A DNA stretch of 64,000 bases from Callorhinchus milii. Lineage: Eukaryota. The notes under the pieces are model-generated. The model ran no database searches. It saw nothing but the letters and a program-made list of their open reading frames with translations, and was not told where the DNA came from. This document shows positions 60,745 through 64,000 of the stretch, in pieces. The stretch's first letter is position 1. Every line of letters starts with the position of its first letter. The DNA lies in assembly GCF_018977255.1 (NCBI RefSeq), contig NW_024704759.1:9672001-9736000 (forward strand), in the 5' to 3' direction. Both the position numbers and the translations under genes were made by a program.

Positions 60745-62023
60745 ACAGCAGCAGTTAAGCTTATTTCCAATGAGAAAATAACAGTGGAGCATTGCTAAAT
60801 GCACCCTTGTTACCCAACATTGAATCAGAAAGATAACATGCTCAGCATAACATGTGTGCAATATAGGATAAGGCACTATATTAAATGCGAGGATTATTAT
60901 TATAATGTCCATCTTCCACAGTTCTTTTACAATTTTTTTAATAACAAGTCACAACCATTTCCGCATGCAAACCCTTTGCAGTAATGAATGTTTAGTTGTT
61001 TGGTTGTGCATAAAATATCTTAATTCAATTAATCTATTTCAATAAACGGTTTAGACCCAAACGCATTGAAAATGCAGCCGTGAACAAACTCTAGTCTGAA
61101 TTTGATTTTCGTCATTTCTCGGGGCAAATCCTCCACTTCCCAGCCCAACCCCCCCCAGCACTGTCCAGTCCAACATTGGACAGTAATTCAACACTATCCA
61201 GCTCGTCTCCTGGTTTAGGGTAAGGGATGTGTAGTGTAAACGCTGTGGAGATCAAATTCAGTTTGCATCTTGTAAATTGTACTGAATCGCGCTGTTCTAT
61301 GTGGTTTCCATTTGAAGCTGAAAGAACAGTGACAACACAGTGATACTTATCACATCATCCATGGGCTTTGTTTGTTTAAGAGAGTAAACTATAAAACTAT
61401 CCAGCGGAAAGCTAATTCCAGAGCACTATCTCAGGCCTATTTACTTTTCCTCTAACATGGAAATCATCCCTTATGATTGCACTTCAGGCTGTCTGACTTC
61501 CTCCTGCCTTTAGGGGAGATATCATGGGGATGATATTAGGCTTCAAATAGTTCACACAGATGGTGACCACCCTCAGTCAACATTCTCACATGAATGCTTT
61601 AGCACTTTTCCACAATCAGATACAGTGGGAGATGTTTCTGTGTCCCCGGACGCCACTTTGTGACCTTCTGTTGATACACGGAACACATTTCACAGTTGTT
61701 TTTTTCAAGACGTTTGGTATACAAAGTTGAACTAAACGATCAAAAAGTTGGTGTAAAAATCAGAAAATGCTGGGTGGTCGCAGGAATTTTCTAGATTTGT
61801 TTCAACAACATCGAAACAACAACAATTTGCATTTATATAGCCCCCTTCAGGGTAGGGTCTCAGAACATCCGGAGTATTTATTAGGAATGACATTTTATTT
61901 ACTTCTTCCCTGGGCCCAATTCAGTTTGGTTTCTCTGCTGAATAAAAAGCCTTGAATCTTTGAACACAGTATTTGAATATTTTGACTTAAAATCTTTGTG
62001 ATAGTTGTGTTAAAAACAAATAT

Positions 62024-62392
62024 GATAATAATGATCCTTGCATTTGATACAGCGCCTTATCACGTCTTCGAGACGTCTCAAAGCGCTTCACAGAATATAC
62101 TGTAAAGTGAATTGACTGTATATTTGTGGGCGAAATGGGGCAGTCAATTGCGCACAGCAGCGTCCCACAAACAGTCGTGGATTGAGTGACCAAATTATAA
62201 TTTTTTTGTGAAGGAATTATCGCCCCCGGAAAAGCGATCTGACAATCGACGTTAACAACCGGGTTTCTACTTACTGCTAGGTAAACAGAGGAGTGTGGAT
62301 TAAGGAAACCTGCCCAACATTTTGCCCTGCCAGGAACAAACCCAGGTCTCTCACTTGTGAGGCTAGTGCTCTAACCACTGAGCTACAGGACT
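62024..62392 (-). mobile_element. Long-form tRNA/CORE/Deu SINE
   Basis: Retains CTACTTACTGCTAGGTAAACAGAGG segment; near-TSD AATATGAT (62019-62026) / AATACGAT (62393-62400). Confidence 0.92.
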
Positions 62393-62419
62393 AATACGAT
62401 GCTACAATGCTATTTTTTT

Positions 62420-62790
62420 TACTGATTTTTTTCCTCTACTCCTAACTCTTACTCGGGTATGTTTCTGAGGGTACCTCGTCCAAGTGTCTATTCTTAATGT
62501 GTTAGGCTAGAAGGTGACGGCAGCCTATTCAACCATGAAGGGCATCGCAGTCCAAGCTGATTCTGTTCTCACCCACAGTCCACTTTCGTGAACTTACCGA
62601 CAAGTCTCACTGGAGACTGTTGTATCAGGAGCAGGAATACTAACAGAGTTTCCCCCTCCCTAATCCAAGGGCACTGAGATCAGCTGTAGGCACCACAACC
62701 AATGCCCTGGTTTAAGATAAACTAGCTCAGCACAAACCGGGGAAGTAACCAGGACCTGATGGTCTTTCTGGCCCGGTGGCATAAACTGGG
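62420..62790 (-). mobile_element. UCON3-like SINE, near full-length
   Basis: GGTACCTCGTCCAAGTG...GCCTATTCAACCATG...ATCAGGAGCAGGAA...GGGCACTGAG...CTCAGCACAAACCGGGG. Confidence 0.7.
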
Positions 62791-63394
62791 AGATCGATAA
62801 GGAGCTGGTAAAGTTCACTTTATACAGACCAAGTATGGATTAGATCAATCGATTTCCATTCACTTATAGTGAAGGGATTGTAGTGAGTATTGTCGATTTT
62901 AAAATGTAAGATTTTTAAATGAGAGCTTTTTAATATCGAACTGGCTTTTAAATTTGTACTTGATGACATATGATCCGCTGCGAACAATGGGAGTCTCAAC
63001 TACTGTCGTGGAAAACGTGTAGAGTTTTGCGAAGGACTGAGAATTGTGTTTGACATTTGTCGCTACTGGTTTCAGAATGCTGCTATTTGTGTGGCTCAGT
63101 TATGTGGCTCTGTGTTTAAAGCTTCACATTTTTTAAACCTGATTCATAGTAAATACAAGAAGAGGGAGTATGAAGTCTATCAATTTCGTGGCCAGGCTCG
63201 CTCCTAAAGTATGTAAATAGTGAGTGACTCCAACACCTAACTTTCAAACATTATTGTGGGTGAGGATAAGGTCAAGCTGAAAACTTGGCAATTGTGCTAA
63301 AAGGCAAGATCCCGTCTCTCCTCTCATGGTTCAGGTGTTAAAGATCCTGTACGTCTATTTTGAGGAAAAACAAGCAAATCATGACAAAATATAT

Positions 63395-63510
63395 TTTGCC
63401 CACAAAATATACAGTCAATTCACTTTACAGTATATTCCGTGAAGTGCCGTGAAATGTCTCGATGACGTGATAAGGCGCTATATCAAATGCAAGGATTATT
63501 AATAATTATT
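63395..63510 (+). mobile_element. SINE 3' fragment
   Basis: GCCCACAAAATATACAGTCAATTCACTTTACAG...GATAAGGCGCTATATCAAATGCAAGGATTATT. Confidence 0.85.
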
Positions 63511-63664
63511 GTGACCAATATTCCTCCCTTGTTCAATTTGCCAAAACAAAATTTAATTTGTGTGTTCATCTCATTTCTATTCATGGGGCACTGCGGGCAA
63601 GGATAAGCTGCCGTGCAATTCCTAAGTTATATCAAGTTATTACACACACTTTAAAGTAAGTCAT

Positions 63665-63810
63665 TATATAATAATAACAACCCTTGCGTTTGATATAACG
63701 CTTTATCATGTCGAAACGTCTGAAGCAACGGCACAAAATTACATTTGTATAGTACCTTTCAAGTCGGGAGAATATCCCGAGATGCTGAAAGCACTTTGCA
63801 GAGTTTTCTG
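63665..63810 (-). mobile_element. SINE tail stub plus L2-type tail stub
   Basis: CCTTGCGTTTGATATAACGCTTTATCATGTC; AAAATTACATTTGTATAGTACCTTTCAAGTCGGGAG. Confidence 0.6.
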
Positions 63811-64000
63811 TGATGTCTAGTGGCTGTATTTGTAGATGTACAGGAAGCGCTTTGAGATGTTTCAAAGTGAAGATGTTGAAGGTGAATGTATCTAGTTGCA
63901 TATTTTCTTGTGCTGTAAATGTTCCACAATGTTTTCAGTCATGCTTTAGAATGTATTTCAGAATGATGCTGCTCGCTCAGGCAATCAATATGAAATGAGC

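Noticed and set aside
1-64000. Known conserved miRNA, snRNA, snoRNA or rRNA genes
   Set aside because: None recognised by eye; a covariance-model search would be needed to exclude them formally

Overview
Eukaryotic, AT-rich, almost entirely non-coding vertebrate DNA. The repeat content points to a cartilaginous fish, most likely a holocephalan such as Callorhinchus; this is an inference from recalled family consensus sequences, not a database search. It contains young tRNA-Ala-headed CORE+Deu SINEs with (ATT)n tails, older SacSINE1/AmnSINE1-type DeuSINEs, UCON3-like SINEs, 3' fragments of L2 and CR1 LINEs, Penelope-like terminal fragments and a palindromic MITE-like repeat. Between the repeats are many repeat-free, motif-dense blocks that resemble conserved non-coding enhancers of a large intron or gene desert. 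No complete protein-coding gene is recognisable. The longest ORFs in the track are SINE/LINE read-throughs, and only a few weak candidate exons are seen (145-171, 685-756 and 992-1136 on +; 13085-13181 on -). The most specific observations are: 58-70 bp Penelope-like micro-insertions with perfect 14-15 bp target-site duplications; hammerhead-like remnants; an L2/SINE shared 3' stem-loop with two loop types; a SINE whose internal motif is complementary to its own tail; nested insertions that create long hairpins; an orphan 20-bp-stem hairpin; and a FOX:ETS enhancer signature. I see no firm evidence for a new biological system. Repeat boundaries are approximate (about +/-10-20 nt).
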